Shown in pieces: positions 23,290-36,588 of a stretch of 64,000 bases of DNA. A program made the position numbers and the translations under genes. The stretch is from NCBI GenBank assembly GCA_964187785.1, contig OZ076410.1:69378001-69442000 (forward strand). Direction: 5' to 3'. A model generated the notes under the pieces. It worked only from the letters and a program-made list of their open reading frames with translations, ran no database searches and had not been told where the DNA came from. The stretch's first letter is position 1; each line of letters opens with the position of its first letter. This stretch comes from Amphiscolops sp. MND2022. Its lineage: Eukaryota.

Positions 23290-26200
23290 CAGAACTTTGA
23301 AGAAAAAACGGAATATGTTCCTTGCGCCGATGGATTTAATAGTCTGTCTCTGAATGCCCTCATCGATTCAGGATTCAGGAGCATTAGTCAATTGTCTTCC
23401 GGAGAGTGAACTCCAGAAGATCAAATCCATTAGCTCTGATAACATACTCAAGGAGATGGACCCACCGACATTCAAACTTCAGGTCGCAAATGGCGACATA
23501 GAAGCTCTGACACAAACAGTCCAGCTCCAATTCGAAATAGGCGATTGGACATTCAAAGAAACCTCTATAGTCGCCAGCAAGATCACGGGCCCAATCCTTG
23601 ACCTTACATTCCCTAAAAAGAACAGCCTCATCCTGGACGTCAGTCAAGCCTTGCTACATTTACCCCACTTGACTTACGCCACAGCAGATGACAACGAGGC
23701 AGTCTCCAGGAACCATAAATTCACAATACGAAAGACACAGTAACTATCATGCCTGACCAATGCGTCACAATTGAAGCAGGCAATAATCTACGTACCTTCG
23801 CTAATACTACTGGCATCGTCCATCCAACAGAACAATACTCAGGAGAAAACCAAATCGTAGTGGCCACTTCAATTTCAACAGTCTCGAATTCCAAAATTGA
23901 AGTCCAAATCACCAACACCTCACCATACCCATTCTCACCAAAAAAGAATGCAACAGTCGCAGAACTCTCCACCCTATCTCCTCAGGATGCGGAGCAACTG
24001 ATCCCACTCAACTCAGCGTCTCTCAAAGTTCTGGCAGACGACAACTCTGACCAGGCATTAAATTATGTCAATGAACTCCTCTAATCTTCTGAGAATCCAC
24101 AAACTGTCCAAAATTTCTGGTTCCCTACACCTGACGATCCGGGCGACCCCGCATCCCATATGCCGATTGGAAGCCGCATCCTACGGGAAAGCGAAGAATT
24201 AAAATCAATCCGAAAACTCAATCCTCAAAATAGCCCAGAGGTGAGGAAACTTTTTCTCGCAAATTACGAACATGATGACTCCCTATTAAACGAAAAAGAC
24301 AAACCCGACATAGAAGATATACTTGTCAAGTTTAACGATATCTTTGCAAGACATCGCTTCGACATCGGGGTCAACAGCGACTTCAAAATAAAGTTGACTC
24401 CCAAAACTGACCAACCAGCCTATACACAAAGTCTTCCATGCCATATCAGCCTGAATGACGACCTGACAGAATAGTTGGCATTGATGCATTACTTTGATAT
24501 CATCACCACTTTCCCCTTCAGCAAGTATGCGAGTCCCGTATTTGCACAAAAAAACCGAACGGACGTCTCCACCGAACTGCTCGTCGACCTTCAGAAATAA
24601 ACAATTTTATCTCCTACGACTATATAACCAACAACCACCCTTAGAGTAGCCTCTCCGATGCGGCCCAACATTTGCCAGGAAAGAAACTGTTTTGTAAGCT
24701 TGACTGCTCTCAAGCTTACCACGTGCTGCAAATTCCAGACCAGAAATCAGTAGCACTCCTGGCAATCAACTTAGCCAGTCGGACATTCGCATACCAGAGA
24801 CATAAACAAGGGCTCATCAGATCTATCTCCTCCTTCTCGAGCTTCATGAGGGAATCTCTCGACAAAGTCATTAAAGCTGAATTGTGCGCTCAGTATGACG
24901 TCGACATCGGGATAGCCACCCTCACCGCCGAGGAGCTGAAGATCAACCTGCGCGAGGTATTCCAGTGTGTCAAAGAACAGGTCTGCGTCAATGAAAGTGT
25001 CAGTTCTGTGCCAAGGAAGTCGAATTCCTTGGACGTAATGTGTCACCAGAGGGAATCGCTCCTCAGACTCACAAAATACAAAACTACCTCCAAGAACTGT
25101 CGTTTCCCAAAACGAAAGAGGGCCTCCAAAGGTACATTGTGTTTGTGAACTATTATCGGAATTACATCCCCAGCTTGTACAAAAAAAGGTGCCCCATTTC
25201 ATGAACTAGTCAAGGCGAACAAACCAATCAAAGTCAATATCGAAATTTTTGAAAATTTAAGGAATAGCAATAAAACACTGAGCATCACTTGTGGACTATG
25301 GTTGAAACAACCCCTACCCAACCAGCAGTAAGTACTAATGACTGACGCAAATTTCAAAAACTCAGATCAAAAGGTCAATAAACGCCAAAGAGTTTTTTGG
25401 CCATACATTTTGCGTTCATGGACTACAGACACATCCTGTGGGGATCGACCAATCCAGTCATCGTCCTGACTGACAAAAAGTCAGTGACAAGCTACTTCTA
25501 GACGAAGAACATCCCAGCAGCACTGTGGAACGCATGTGATTTCGTCCTACAGTTCAACTTTACGATTGCACACGTTCCCGGTTGCATGAACACTGCTGCA
25601 GAATTTCTGTCTAGACTCGACCTTACCCCAGGCTGAAGGTCCAACTCCTCATAAGGGATGACATTCAAACTTCACCCATCGAGGTCCACGTCCAGTCATC
25701 CAACGTCGCTCAAGAGGTACAGTTCCACATCCTCCCAGATGATGGAACAAGGACACAAGGACTAATTTAGGAGAGAAAACAGCAAGCAAGGAAAAAGAGC
25801 CTAGGAAACGACACCGCAATGCCACCGCAAAACCAGGATAAGGATAAAAAAACGAAACTAAGACCGAAAACGAGACGATTGTATTTCAAACATAAATAAT
25901 CAGACGCTGCGAGGGCGAAGAATAAGACAATGAAGCCCTACCCCCTGACATGAGACACCAACAGGAACAAGAAAACGTCCTGCGAAACTGTAAACTGCCT
26001 CTCGTAAACGAACCATTCGACGAACAAATGACGGCAAAGAATTTGAATCAGACGGCACTCCAGTATACCGCTAACGAGTCCCGACTTATTCTTAAGGACG
26101 AGCTCCTATACATGCAGTACTACGGAGAAACTGGAAAAGTTAAATACCTGCAAGTGCTCCTCCCAGAAAATCTAGTCAATTCTTTCACTGAAGCCCACCA

Positions 26201-27487
26201 CGGGATAAAGGACAATCACCGCGGAATCACCAACCTAATACAACAATGACTGATAAAGTATTACTTCCCAGGTCTGACGGTTAAGATTACCAGGCACATT
26301 AGGCAATACATGAAATGCATGCAAACGAAACAAACAGACAAAAGACTACTCACCCTACTCACCATGCCAAGGATTATTAAGTCCAAACTCGCAATGGGAC
26401 CAGAAGATGCCCTACAATTGGATATCGTCATTTTCGACGACCCATCAAACAGATACACGGCTATAGTCACAGCAATGGACGTATTCTCACGGTACTTATT
26501 CGAGTACTGTGAAACAAGAAAAGATGCAAAAACGTCATGACATCATGACGCCCCATGCATACCTCCCCACAACCATCATCACCGACAATGGAACCCAGTC
26601 TATGTCTTATGTCTGAAGTGATGGCCGACACAACCCGCGTCCTGTGCATTCAACCGACAACAAGCCACGACAAAGCATGCACAGACGATGGACGTCTTCG
26701 AACGTTGCCATGCATCGCTGAAAGAAGCACTCAAAATATCAACAGGAGAGCGGCAAACAATGTGGAACTAATTTGTACCCAACGCCACGCTCAACTATAA
26801 CACAACGTACCATTCAACCCTGGGATGCGGGCCCAGCAGAGTTTTCTACGGCAGAGTACCCTATTCTGTACTCGATCTGCAATTTGGCCGCAAGACCCGA
26901 CGACCGACACCGAGGAAGAAGTCCTTCAGAAAACTCGCCTCATCCACGAGTCGGTGAGCAAGCACCTTCTGCAATTGTACATACGGTGCAAACAATATTA
27001 GGACAGGAAAGCATTGGAAGCAAACGAGTACTGCTATGGCTTACACCCACAAGCAAATGATCAAGTACCAAAGATACCTTTGGGAGAGTATTTGTGGACA
27101 GGTCCGTACATAGTCGTGAAAACTCTCCCGAATAACAATTATCGGAAACGAAAGCTACAAACCAACAGAACCCAAATTCTACACAGGATAAGCCTGGAAC
27201 CATGCCAAACTAGAGACCGCCTACCCGGCATACAAGTTCAAGCGAAGGACTTCCAACCAGACAATTTAGTCGAAGTCCTAAACACCATCGCGTGGCAATC
27301 AGTGTTTGAACACTTCCTTATATCAAACAACATCCCCCCTAACGAGGCTGCAACCATCCACCCTGACAAGCTCGCCTGCTCAGAAGACACAACCGAGGAC
27401 ATAGCCCCGGATATCCCAATAGAATATAACCCTACTGAAAAGCGTCAAAACCCAGAACCCAACCCAAACCCGGAACCTAGTTATTAG
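23290..27487 (+). pseudogene. pol: pol of element D (PR, dUTPase-like segment, RT, RNase H, integrase)
   Basis: LIDSGAL (broken by a gattcag duplication), KLDCSQAYH, YDVDIGIA (decayed YVDD), LMTDA, integrase H-H-C-C and AMDVFSRYLF, LWTGPYIVVK; order PR-RT-RH-IN is Ty3/Gypsy. Confidence 0.9.
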
Positions 27488-27500
27488 GTTAGTTATAGTC

Positions 27501-27525
27501 ATATATATATATATATATATATATA
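27501..27525. repeat. (AT)n microsatellite just after the D pol stop
   Basis: Read directly from sequence. Confidence 0.95.
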
Positions 27526-28103
27526 CCCGAAACCTAGTTATATATATTCATATATACGTACGCAACAGAAGAACTACCAAATTCTAAAGTCTATCCAATT
27601 CAATGTCTCAGAAACAAACAAAGTAATCATCATCTCCTTCCTCCTTTTCCCTTGCTTTTGGGGGCCTTTGACCCAGTTTTTTCTACAGACGGAATTCCCC
27701 GTTGCTCTTGACGTCTCTGCTGTAAATTCCGAGTCACGACACTGGACAAGTCAGGTCTGAATAACAAATCAGACTCATGGAAAGTAGTAACTCTGCCCGA
27801 AGGTGCAGTCTCCGGTGGCGAACACACAGCACTGGCAGCAACAGCAGGAAAATTGGAACCACCCTGCGAACCGACCAGAACAATGTCAGCAGAAGGAGAA
27901 ACATTCGAACCACCAAAACCCACAAGAGGCTGTATGGATAGAGTACCCATGCGGTGATGCCAGTCGTCCATCTGCTCCAAGAAATACCCGTCGAAGCGAT
28001 CGTGTAAACCACGATACAAGTCCCGATGCTCAACACAAAACAGTGACCACCAAGGGGAAAAAGTAGCGTCTCCAGTAACTGACCTACCACTGAGCAAATT
28101 CAC

Positions 28104-31100
28104 CTAGATCCTCCAAGCAGTCCCTTTGTCTGCAACTTTCCGGAACTGAAGCTGGGAAAGGAGATATAGGACTGAAACAGCCAAGATAGCAGAGGTAGCA
28201 ACCTTATGCGGTACAGCGACTCCACTCAAAGAAATTTCTTCATCGGGATAAGTATCTTCGCGAGGAATCACCAAAGCAGAAGACAGCTGAGCGGCACGCG
28301 CCAAACGTTCCCGACAAGTAAATGACTACGACTGAAGCATAAAACTAATGCAGTCTTTGATCGACGACACAACCTGCCCATTTCGACGTCGCACTTCTAG
28401 AAGGAAAGATTTGAATTCATTACATGCCCCCTCCGCTTCCAAAGCAGTCAGCCGCCCACACTCCTGATAGCACGCCAAAAGACCTTTGAACAACTCCACA
28501 GTAAAAGCCTCGTCTCCCTGCAAGATCATACCAGGGGAAAAACAACTCAGATTTGAGGCAAGGCGAGAGCCCATAAAAACAGAGCTAATCAGCGTCAAAA
28601 ACTCCATCATGAACCCATGATGATCACGAAGGAACTTCCGTCGACTGGGCTCATTGTAACCAGCCAAAGCAGTGACGAAGATGGGCTCGGTTCTCAAGCA
28701 GTCCACATAAGATACGACCGACAGAGTCAGTGGCTTGCCGATGTTTTCACTCCAGGCGTCGATCTCTTGCAATTCCGACAGTTTCTCAACTTTGTCAAGT
28801 AAACTCCAATTAAAAAAGCAGAAATCCGCATAGCTTCGACAATGGCAACAGTGATCGTCGGCACAAACTGCGACATTCGCTTGGAAGCACACGACTACCA
28901 CATGTAATACACACAAACGGGTCAATATACGAAGATCAGCCAAGACCATCTGGCTTAAGTCCTGTGGAGGCTTTTTCCGAGCTGTAGATGCCACAGTGCC
29001 TTCGCCCAGGAACAATTTGATGTCAACAATGCCGAACTATCTCGTCCAGCCCAGCTGCCAAATATATAAACGGAATGTCGCGCTGCCGGACACACTTCCG
29101 TAATGCTACCAACCCCAGCATCCAAGGTTGGTTTACAGCTCGATGCAGACAAAGAAGTAAATACTTGAACAAAGCAAAAGGATCCAATGAACCAGTATCA
29201 ACTTTTCTCACTACCTGTACATGTTCTGTCAAACTCCGGTGTGTATGCAGCGACAAACATCGGTTTAGGGCGCCCCTGGCCACCTTACTATTTCTTCGCC
29301 ACGTTAAATAGAGTTGCAGTACAACCCCGTACTGAGACTTGCGACTGACCAGTTTGTAGAATTGCAAAAATCCGTGACAGGCCAGTAATCTCGGGCTCCC
29401 ATAGCACACAGATTTTACGAAGAGCATCATACGACACACAGTGATTGAAGAAACGCTGTCCTTTTTGATCCCTCCGCAGACTAGCACAGAAAAAGGAGCC
29501 TTTAATCCACCTATGTACCCGACGAAGAATCCGTGGATACACGTGTGCCGACGATCACAAGGGGTTCTGTTTTGCTCCAAGTAGCATGCGCGCAGTTGGA
29601 ACTGATCAGGATGGTAGCTCGGAATTGGTTCCACAACCGCCGGAAGTACCCGTGGGACCCCCACTCCTCAGCAGATCAAATAGGCCGCCAATAAGAGTAG
29701 AGGATGGAACACTCGACTCGGCGCCGGCCAACGCATCAACTTCATCCTCAACGAAGTGATTCTTCTTCCCCTGGACAACAGCTGGAGTCTTTTTAATTTC
29801 GGCTCGCAGCTCAGCCGAGATCGATGACACTGGCACCTTGTCATAGTGGGTGGTGTACAAGTAACCCTCGTAACAACGAATTCTGAGGAAGTGTCGTATA
29901 CTCCCGAAATGGCGCTGAATCTCAGGCTCGCCCCGTCTATAAAGGATACCTTTTTTTGACAAATCGCACAATTGAATCCATTGTGGTCTTCGTCATTCTG
30001 AGGACTCACAAATAGACAAGGAATCGCGTGGTCAACCATTTCTTTCCTCAGGACATAACGCTCCGACTGTCGACGTCTTGTCGCCTCATATGCCGCAAAG
30101 AGTTTTGTTTTGGCAATCTCAATGACGTCATCTTGGGACCGCGACCGATGCATATGGATCCATTTCTTCTTGAGAAGTGCCAACATCTCCTCAATGTTCA
30201 AAACAAATAATTTGGAAAGACAAATAACACAAGCGACATCACGAAACACACCGGTCAAAGTAAAACCAATCAACGACACGAATAGAACAATCTAGAACAC
30301 AAATCTGTGCGAAGCAGTGAAAGAAACAGAAAACCAAATTTCACAAACAATACTATATACTTACGTCGTGACTGTGAACGCTGCTCCTCACGTTGGGCAT
30401 GACTCCGTTCGAGACGAACAGCAACTTGACCATAGGGGAGAACCTGCGAGGAAGACAAGCGCACAGCACATCTCGGGACATTGGTCAACCCAGCTGAAAT
30501 CAAAGACCACTGGATATCGACAATTCAAAACATGGATAAAACAGCAACCAATTCCAGAAGTACCCATCACAAAGCAAAGAAATTTCTCTTATAGCTGAGA
30601 AGAGAGAAAAAAACAACACCAACCTTATTCCCATTCATTATGGAGCACAGAACGCTCCAAGACTTCCGCAGGTCGTGCATGCTGCGTGCGCTCACGCCGG
30701 GTACATAGCACTGGAAATGGATTCACCGCAGCACTTGTCAAATCACCCTCAGTCAGAGTTCCAATGACATCGCCGTCAGAGCTCTCGTCCAAATCAGCGA
30801 ATAAGTTCCTTCATAGAAGAGCAGGGGACACATCTAGAACTTGAAAAGCACATTCACGATTGTGACTCTCAATCTCTGTATGATCCCAATAAAACGGATA
30901 CCTAACAAGCTTACTGGAAGGCCCAGGATCGGCATCAGGGCATCCCTCGACACTGGTTTCACACTGTGCCACAGAGCGAGAACGTTTAGCTGCAAGTTCC
31001 TCACGAGCAAAACTCAGACGCTTACTCCGACGAACATCCTCAGTGGCATTGGGAGCCCGTGATCGGAAATCCATGTCATCAGAATCATCGTTGAGCCCTA

Positions 31101-31357
31101 AAGTAATAACGATGGTAGAAGAATACTGGCATCAACAATTGTTAATTGCCCATTAATAATCAGCTAAAGAAGTTACCTTGGAGATCACAGAGATAATCTA
31201 GAGAATGCCGAGCATCACTTCCAGAAGAATGAAGGGAAGCATCACCACTGGCATTACCATCGGTTGCTACTTCTTCTACCTCATCACTGTCGTATCTGTC
31301 AATCTCTGTCATTCCTGTCATTCTGTTGACATTATAGACTGGCATGCAAAGAATCAA
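28104..31357 (-). pseudogene. Antisense multi-exon accessory gene of element D
   Basis: Intron 31176-31098 (GT...AG, phase 1); further donors at 30623 and 30364; Zn finger CAICQKKVSF..RGEPEIQRHFGSIRH; C-terminal SRLASNLSCFSPGMILQGDEAF...EFKSFL...CRERL. Confidence 0.8.
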
Positions 31358-31699
31358 AATGTAACTTGATAATATCTAGTAACACTATCACAATGTCCTA
31401 TTTTATCAGTTATTAACATGAACGGGTTGTGATATGAAATTAGAATCTGGTTACTATTCTTAGATGACTATTCATGAATGATGTAACACCTCATCCTAAT
31501 AAAGGGCTATAAGTGGCCTCAATGACGCAATAACCACTATTGTTGACAGGACACTCAGTTTTCCGGGAGTCATGCTCCCCAAACTATAAACACCCACGAT
31601 CCCAGAATAGGGGATAACCGATTTATTTTGTTCTTTAAAAACATTCAACTTGAATCTCACTGATTTGCTACCTTGATTTGTTGCTTTTTTCTATTATTC

Positions 31700-32611
31700 T
31701 GAACCACCGGAATTCTTAATATTTTCTGACAATAATAGCATTTCAATATTGAGACTCAATATTTTCTTCAAAAGCCTTCTAATAGGAGAGAAAAGCCTGC
31801 TAGAGAAACGCGTCATCATCAATCAGACAAGACGTCAGACTCTGATCATTTGGATGTCATGAATGGAAATTGCGTTTGAAACTGTACCTTGTTCTTAGTG
31901 GAACCGGCAAAACTTCGAGGCCTAAAATTGCCGCTAAAATTATTGTGGTTCTTTCAAACTGATTCGCATAAAAGTTTCTGTAGGAATTCGTGGCAACTTT
32001 AAACAACATGCAAAGAGTTCAGACAATTTCAACAAGAGAACCAAAGCATATTGGGGTTTTTGTTTCTCTAGATTTGTTGGCTGGTGGAAGTTGTTCATTG
32101 AATGGAGATGGAGGTTACGCAAGCGTCAACATAAGTGGGTCTTTGTTCAACTTCATGCCAAACATGAAAACTGTCTATTTGGGGTACAAGTCTGAAACCA
32201 TAAGCTCAGAGATTCTACCGCAGTTCTTGGAGAGTCAAGGTTGGTTTCTTTAGTTAGATTTTGTTCTGAAAGATCGTCGATATTGGAAATGTCAAATTAC
32301 AATCTGATACGTTTTCAATCTCAGTTACTTCAATATATCGTCAACACTTTCTCTTTCAATTTGAAATAATTTTGCAAATGTATACGTTATTTAAGCTACG
32401 ATGCTCTAAAATAGATGAAACATCGACGGAAAATCTTTCGCCCGCTTTCTCACGGCTTCGGATTGCTACTGCAAATCTCAAAACACATGAAAGAACATTA
32501 TATTTAACCTATCATGATTTTGCCAATAGTGAACCTTTGAGGAACAGGTTGCCTGACAAACTGAAATTGGGAAATGAGACGTATGAAAATATACAGAAGA
32601 GGTTGAAATAG
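31700..32611 (+). pseudogene. Possible decayed LRR-like gene fragment
   Basis: Only weak LRR-like peptides (DNNSISILRLNIF; LFNFMPNMKTVYLG) in broken frames. Confidence 0.2.
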
Positions 32612-33818
32612 TTTTCTAGAGAATTTTGTCAATGACATCGATAGACCTCAGTATAGTCATAAATGTTGAGGTGAGTATCGTTTCAAGCAGTCAAATATTA
32701 ATGCTCAATTGTTTTGACAATTTTTGTGATGTCCAATGTTTTTTATTAAAACGTTTTTACAGTGACCTCCATATATGTATTTACCTTTTAGATACTTTAT
32801 ATGAAGGAATAAAGTGTTTTCGTTTTAACAAAAATTTTGATTGTATATTTTTTTCAGGTCGTGGGTATTGTGCTCGCGGGTACGTCTACAACACAGTGAC
32901 TAACAGAAGACTGGGCATTCTACCTTTGCTGCTGAATGTCTATTGAAACGCACTCTTTGTGACTCTAGGAGATGTAGTTTGAACTCCCATTAAGTTTGAG
33001 TGACATTTGACAGGCTATTGTATGCTCAACTTTCCGAAGTTAGTACAAAAGTGTTTTCAAAACAGTGATTGATAATTAAACAATTTATTATAGCTAAAAC
33101 CTTCTTTAATTTCGAGTTTTCATATTCGAGACAAGGAGTTTGAAAGAAATTGAGTTTCCAAGGGAAAATCGTTTTTTTGACAACGGTTTAAAACGGTGCA
33201 ACAATGATCACTAATAACTAATTCCTTTCATTTACAAAACCGACATATTTATAATTATCTAGCATTATTTTCTCCTCACCTGAAATGTCCTAGGTATCAT
33301 AAAAATCAGGCTTGTTCATACAAAAACGCAGTTGACTAATATTAGTTCAGTCCAGCGTCCAAAATGCAGGGATCCTATCCCTTCAAAGTTGCTAGCTACG
33401 TCAACTCTGGGTCACGATTGTTGATATCATTTTCGTTCTGCTTCAAATGGCGGTAAAATTAAAGTCCACTTAACATTTATGGCGATGAATGCACCCTGGG
33501 CGTGGACAATTACTCAACTACCAGTTCAGAAAAGAAGAAAAAATAGTATAGATAGCCAGTAATTCAATTTTTTACATGAAATGTCAACATTATGATTAAT
33601 CAAGGGGGGTTCGAATTAGTTTTTCGCTCCGCTGAAGTTAGCGTTAACCTTGCGTCGCATTTTTATGTCAACCAAAAATAGAAATGACGTCACTAAAATC
33701 CTTCCAGATAACAATGTATTGCTAGCATAGCTGTTTTGGTGACGTCGCAAAAATCATTCTGATTAGTTCATCACACTAAATTTAAATGTATTCGCGATGA
33801 TAGTTTAGATGGTAGAGC

Positions 33819-34758
33819 TGTCGTAAATGACTTGTTCAGTTACTTCTTGATCATCGTCTGTTTCGTGGGCGTTTCTAACTGATGAACCTTTCCTGAAATT
33901 ATTCCTATATTTGAACTGCAGGGTCCTGAGATAGACACAGCAACACTGTCGACTTTGGACAATAAACTTTCAATTAGTCTCTAAATTTCACGTTGTAAGA
34001 GTTCAGCGCCCTTGGGCCTTATAGAGCTCTTGTTCTCTCTCTTCGTGGTCCTGTCTCCAAAATTGATCTGGGACCATCTTGAGTTTTTGGTGACCTGCTG
34101 TTCGCCAGATCCTTTTGAATTCTAGCCGCTTTTCCCTCCTTAGTCTTCTTTTACCAAATTTATCGAGCATTGTGGTCTGAAAAGCCGATGTATTAATTAG
34201 ATCAGTGTTTCACTTTCATTTTCTGGATCTTTCCATAATTTCCAGTAGCTTACTCAGATTGTTATTTTCAACAAAATCGTCGGACAACGGTTGAAAACTG
34301 GAGAACGAAATCAGATTGGTTTAATATGTTGAATAATACAGCAACAGAGATCACTGATTTCAATCAGGTAGAATTTCAGGTTGATTGGTGATTTTGTTTT
34401 GGTAAACACAAGTCGAAAGTAAAACAAAAATGTGTATTCTCTAATCCCGCGCGAGGTATATATACGTTCCTCTAGACACGCGGGATAGATACCGCGTGTG
34501 AACTTACACCTTGCTCACCTCGGCGTCCTTCGGAGTCGAGGAATTTCAAATTAGGTCGGCTTCCACGGGTTTCGGTTTCCCGCATCATCTCTCTTCATAC
34601 CCCGCCATACCCCGCCAATATATGACACCGAAGCTGGACGTAGCTATTGATGTGGGGAAAGAAACGAATTTTCAATCGAAGAAAACTAGGAGTTTCAACA
34701 AAGTTAGCAACCTGTACTAAAGATTAAATCAGCATCTTGGGCAAACATAAGGGCGACA
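33819..34758 (-). repeat. Putative 3' LTR of element E
   Basis: CA end at 33819 with no PBS, flank AGAGC; homologous to 58837-59637. Inner boundary uncertain (TGTCGCCC at 34758 or TGTCACAGG at 35273). Confidence 0.6.
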
Positions 34759-36349
34759 AATTAACACGAAAAATTTGTTTGTCAAGGAACATTTCCTGAA
34801 TAAAATTCCAGTTCACGCTTTGAGCATCAAGTTTGATTTTAGAGCAACAGAAACGTTTACCAGAGTGTTGACTCAGGACATTTGGAAAAAAACATCACTG
34901 ATTTGGGATGAATAAATTAAAAAGCAACAAATACGAAAAAAATGCAATGGCTCCGATTAGTCTATGTAAATAATGAATAACATCAGTGTAACTTGGTTAA
35001 TGTCTCATTTCATTCAGCTTCTACAGACAATCGTGGCTGGAGACTTCGGCAAAAATGTATGTAAGTACCAACTTAAAACTAACACAATGTTAGCACCAAT
35101 ATTTGTCTCGTCATTTAATAATCCCTTTTTTCCTTTATTTGAGGCTTCTTCAAAGCTGTGGATTGATATAAGCAATTCGCTAAATGACGAATGGACATTA
35201 CCATTACTTAAGGCTGGTTGGTTAACTGAGCGCTTTGACACAGATCTAGTTAACTGGTATGCTGCCTGTGACAGCTACTCAGTTGACTAAACATAATTGA
35301 GCACTTATCTGATTGGCGATTGGTTGAATCAGTACGGACGGATTCTTGCCGAGGCAGTGCTCTAGTCAACGCGCTGACTGAATCAAAGTCAGTCAACTCT
35401 GTTTGACTGCAAATAACTACTGCAATCAATGCTGTTCATGCAATTACATATGTATGTGTTTGGATACTGCAGAATGAAATTGTTATCATTGTTAATTGGT
35501 CATTGAAGTGAGTATTTTAGTACTACAACTGGTGTTTTTAGGGTGTTTTATTCCAGATTCTTTATGTTGTTTCTTTCCACAGACGTTTTCATGTTATCGG
35601 GATCCTCGCAACTCTGCGAGGGGTGCGAGAGCCCCGGGTTTCTTCAGAGTCGTCCGTTGAGCGAAGAAGTTGAGATGCTGGATGAAAAGGCGACGAGATA
35701 GGAGATAGGAAGACAGATTATACCGTTGAATTTAATGAGAGCCATGATGAATAGGTCGACCAGTCACTGCATGAGAAATAGCCTAGCGATTTGGAATAGC
35801 TGAACACAGGGATAAGTGACCCGTTGTTGGCACTCCCCACCCAAATATTCATGTCGCTGTAGTCTCTTGACAGACTTCTGAAGGTATCATCTGGAATAAT
35901 TGGGTTATAGAATGTATTTCTGATAGTTTGATTATGGTTCTTGCGCTAGGTCCATCTCACTTCAACGTTTCTTCTTTAATCGAAGTAGTTTGAATGGTGT
36001 TCGATATAATTACATGACTGTTTCGAAGAAAGTTGACAGCTCGAGTGATAATTGATATTTCTTTAATCGTGTTCACGCCGCTTGCGTGATTGAAGGGAAA
36101 CAATCAGCTGACGTCTTTTTTAAAACGAAAATGACCGAGGCAATCGATGAAGATACCGTTCGTTTCTTGCGATCACAGCAAAAAGTCTGGTTGAAAGTGA
36201 AAAGGAGTCTGGAAGGAGAGAATTTAGTGAATTCCAAGAAGAGGGAGTGAAGTCTCAATTAGTAATTGCAGAGATTGATGTGCCTGAGTCTGAGAAGTTC
36301 AATCAGTTGGTTTGGTCCCACCTAATTCGAAAATTTGCTGGATTTGGCG

Positions 36350-36511
36350 AGATTGATTCAATTGACATTGCAAAAGAGGACGATGATGATGATGGTGTTG
36401 ATGCTGTCGAACCCAACGATGATGATGACTTGTGTTATGAAAATAACTTAAATAACCAATCGTCTGGAAGTAGTGCGCGACATGATTTTGACTACCAGCA
36501 TGACCGACAGT
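36350..36511 (+). pseudogene. Upstream exon of the element E antisense gene
   Basis: Acidic peptide ending SSGSSARHDFDYQHDRQ then T|GTAAGT donor at 36512; matches D exon SSGSDARHSLDYLCDLQ G|GTAACT. Exon start approximate. Confidence 0.75.
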
Positions 36512-36588
36512 GTAAGTTGTTTCGCTACTTGTCAATGACAAGTTAACAGTTTTGATGCTAGTATACAAACGTTTTTCTCATCTACGTT

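Larger units (their letters stand above)
17936..31600 (+). mobile_element. Element D: truncated, decayed Gypsy LTR retrotransposon with antisense accessory gene
   Basis: Begins TGTCGCAGGGCTATCCATGCGACATGTCCGGAGTGCAA (homologous to the F LTR start); gag, PR-RT-RH-IN, then antisense gene. No 3' LTR found; right boundary approximate. Confidence 0.85.

Noticed and set aside
27630-28103. Overlapping ORFs on both strands after the D pol
   Set aside because: Probably the decayed tail of the antisense gene and its mirror frame; no independent motif.
35444-35453. CA followed by TATGT as the right end of D
   Set aside because: Matches the D left flank but lies inside E with no LTR homology; chance match.
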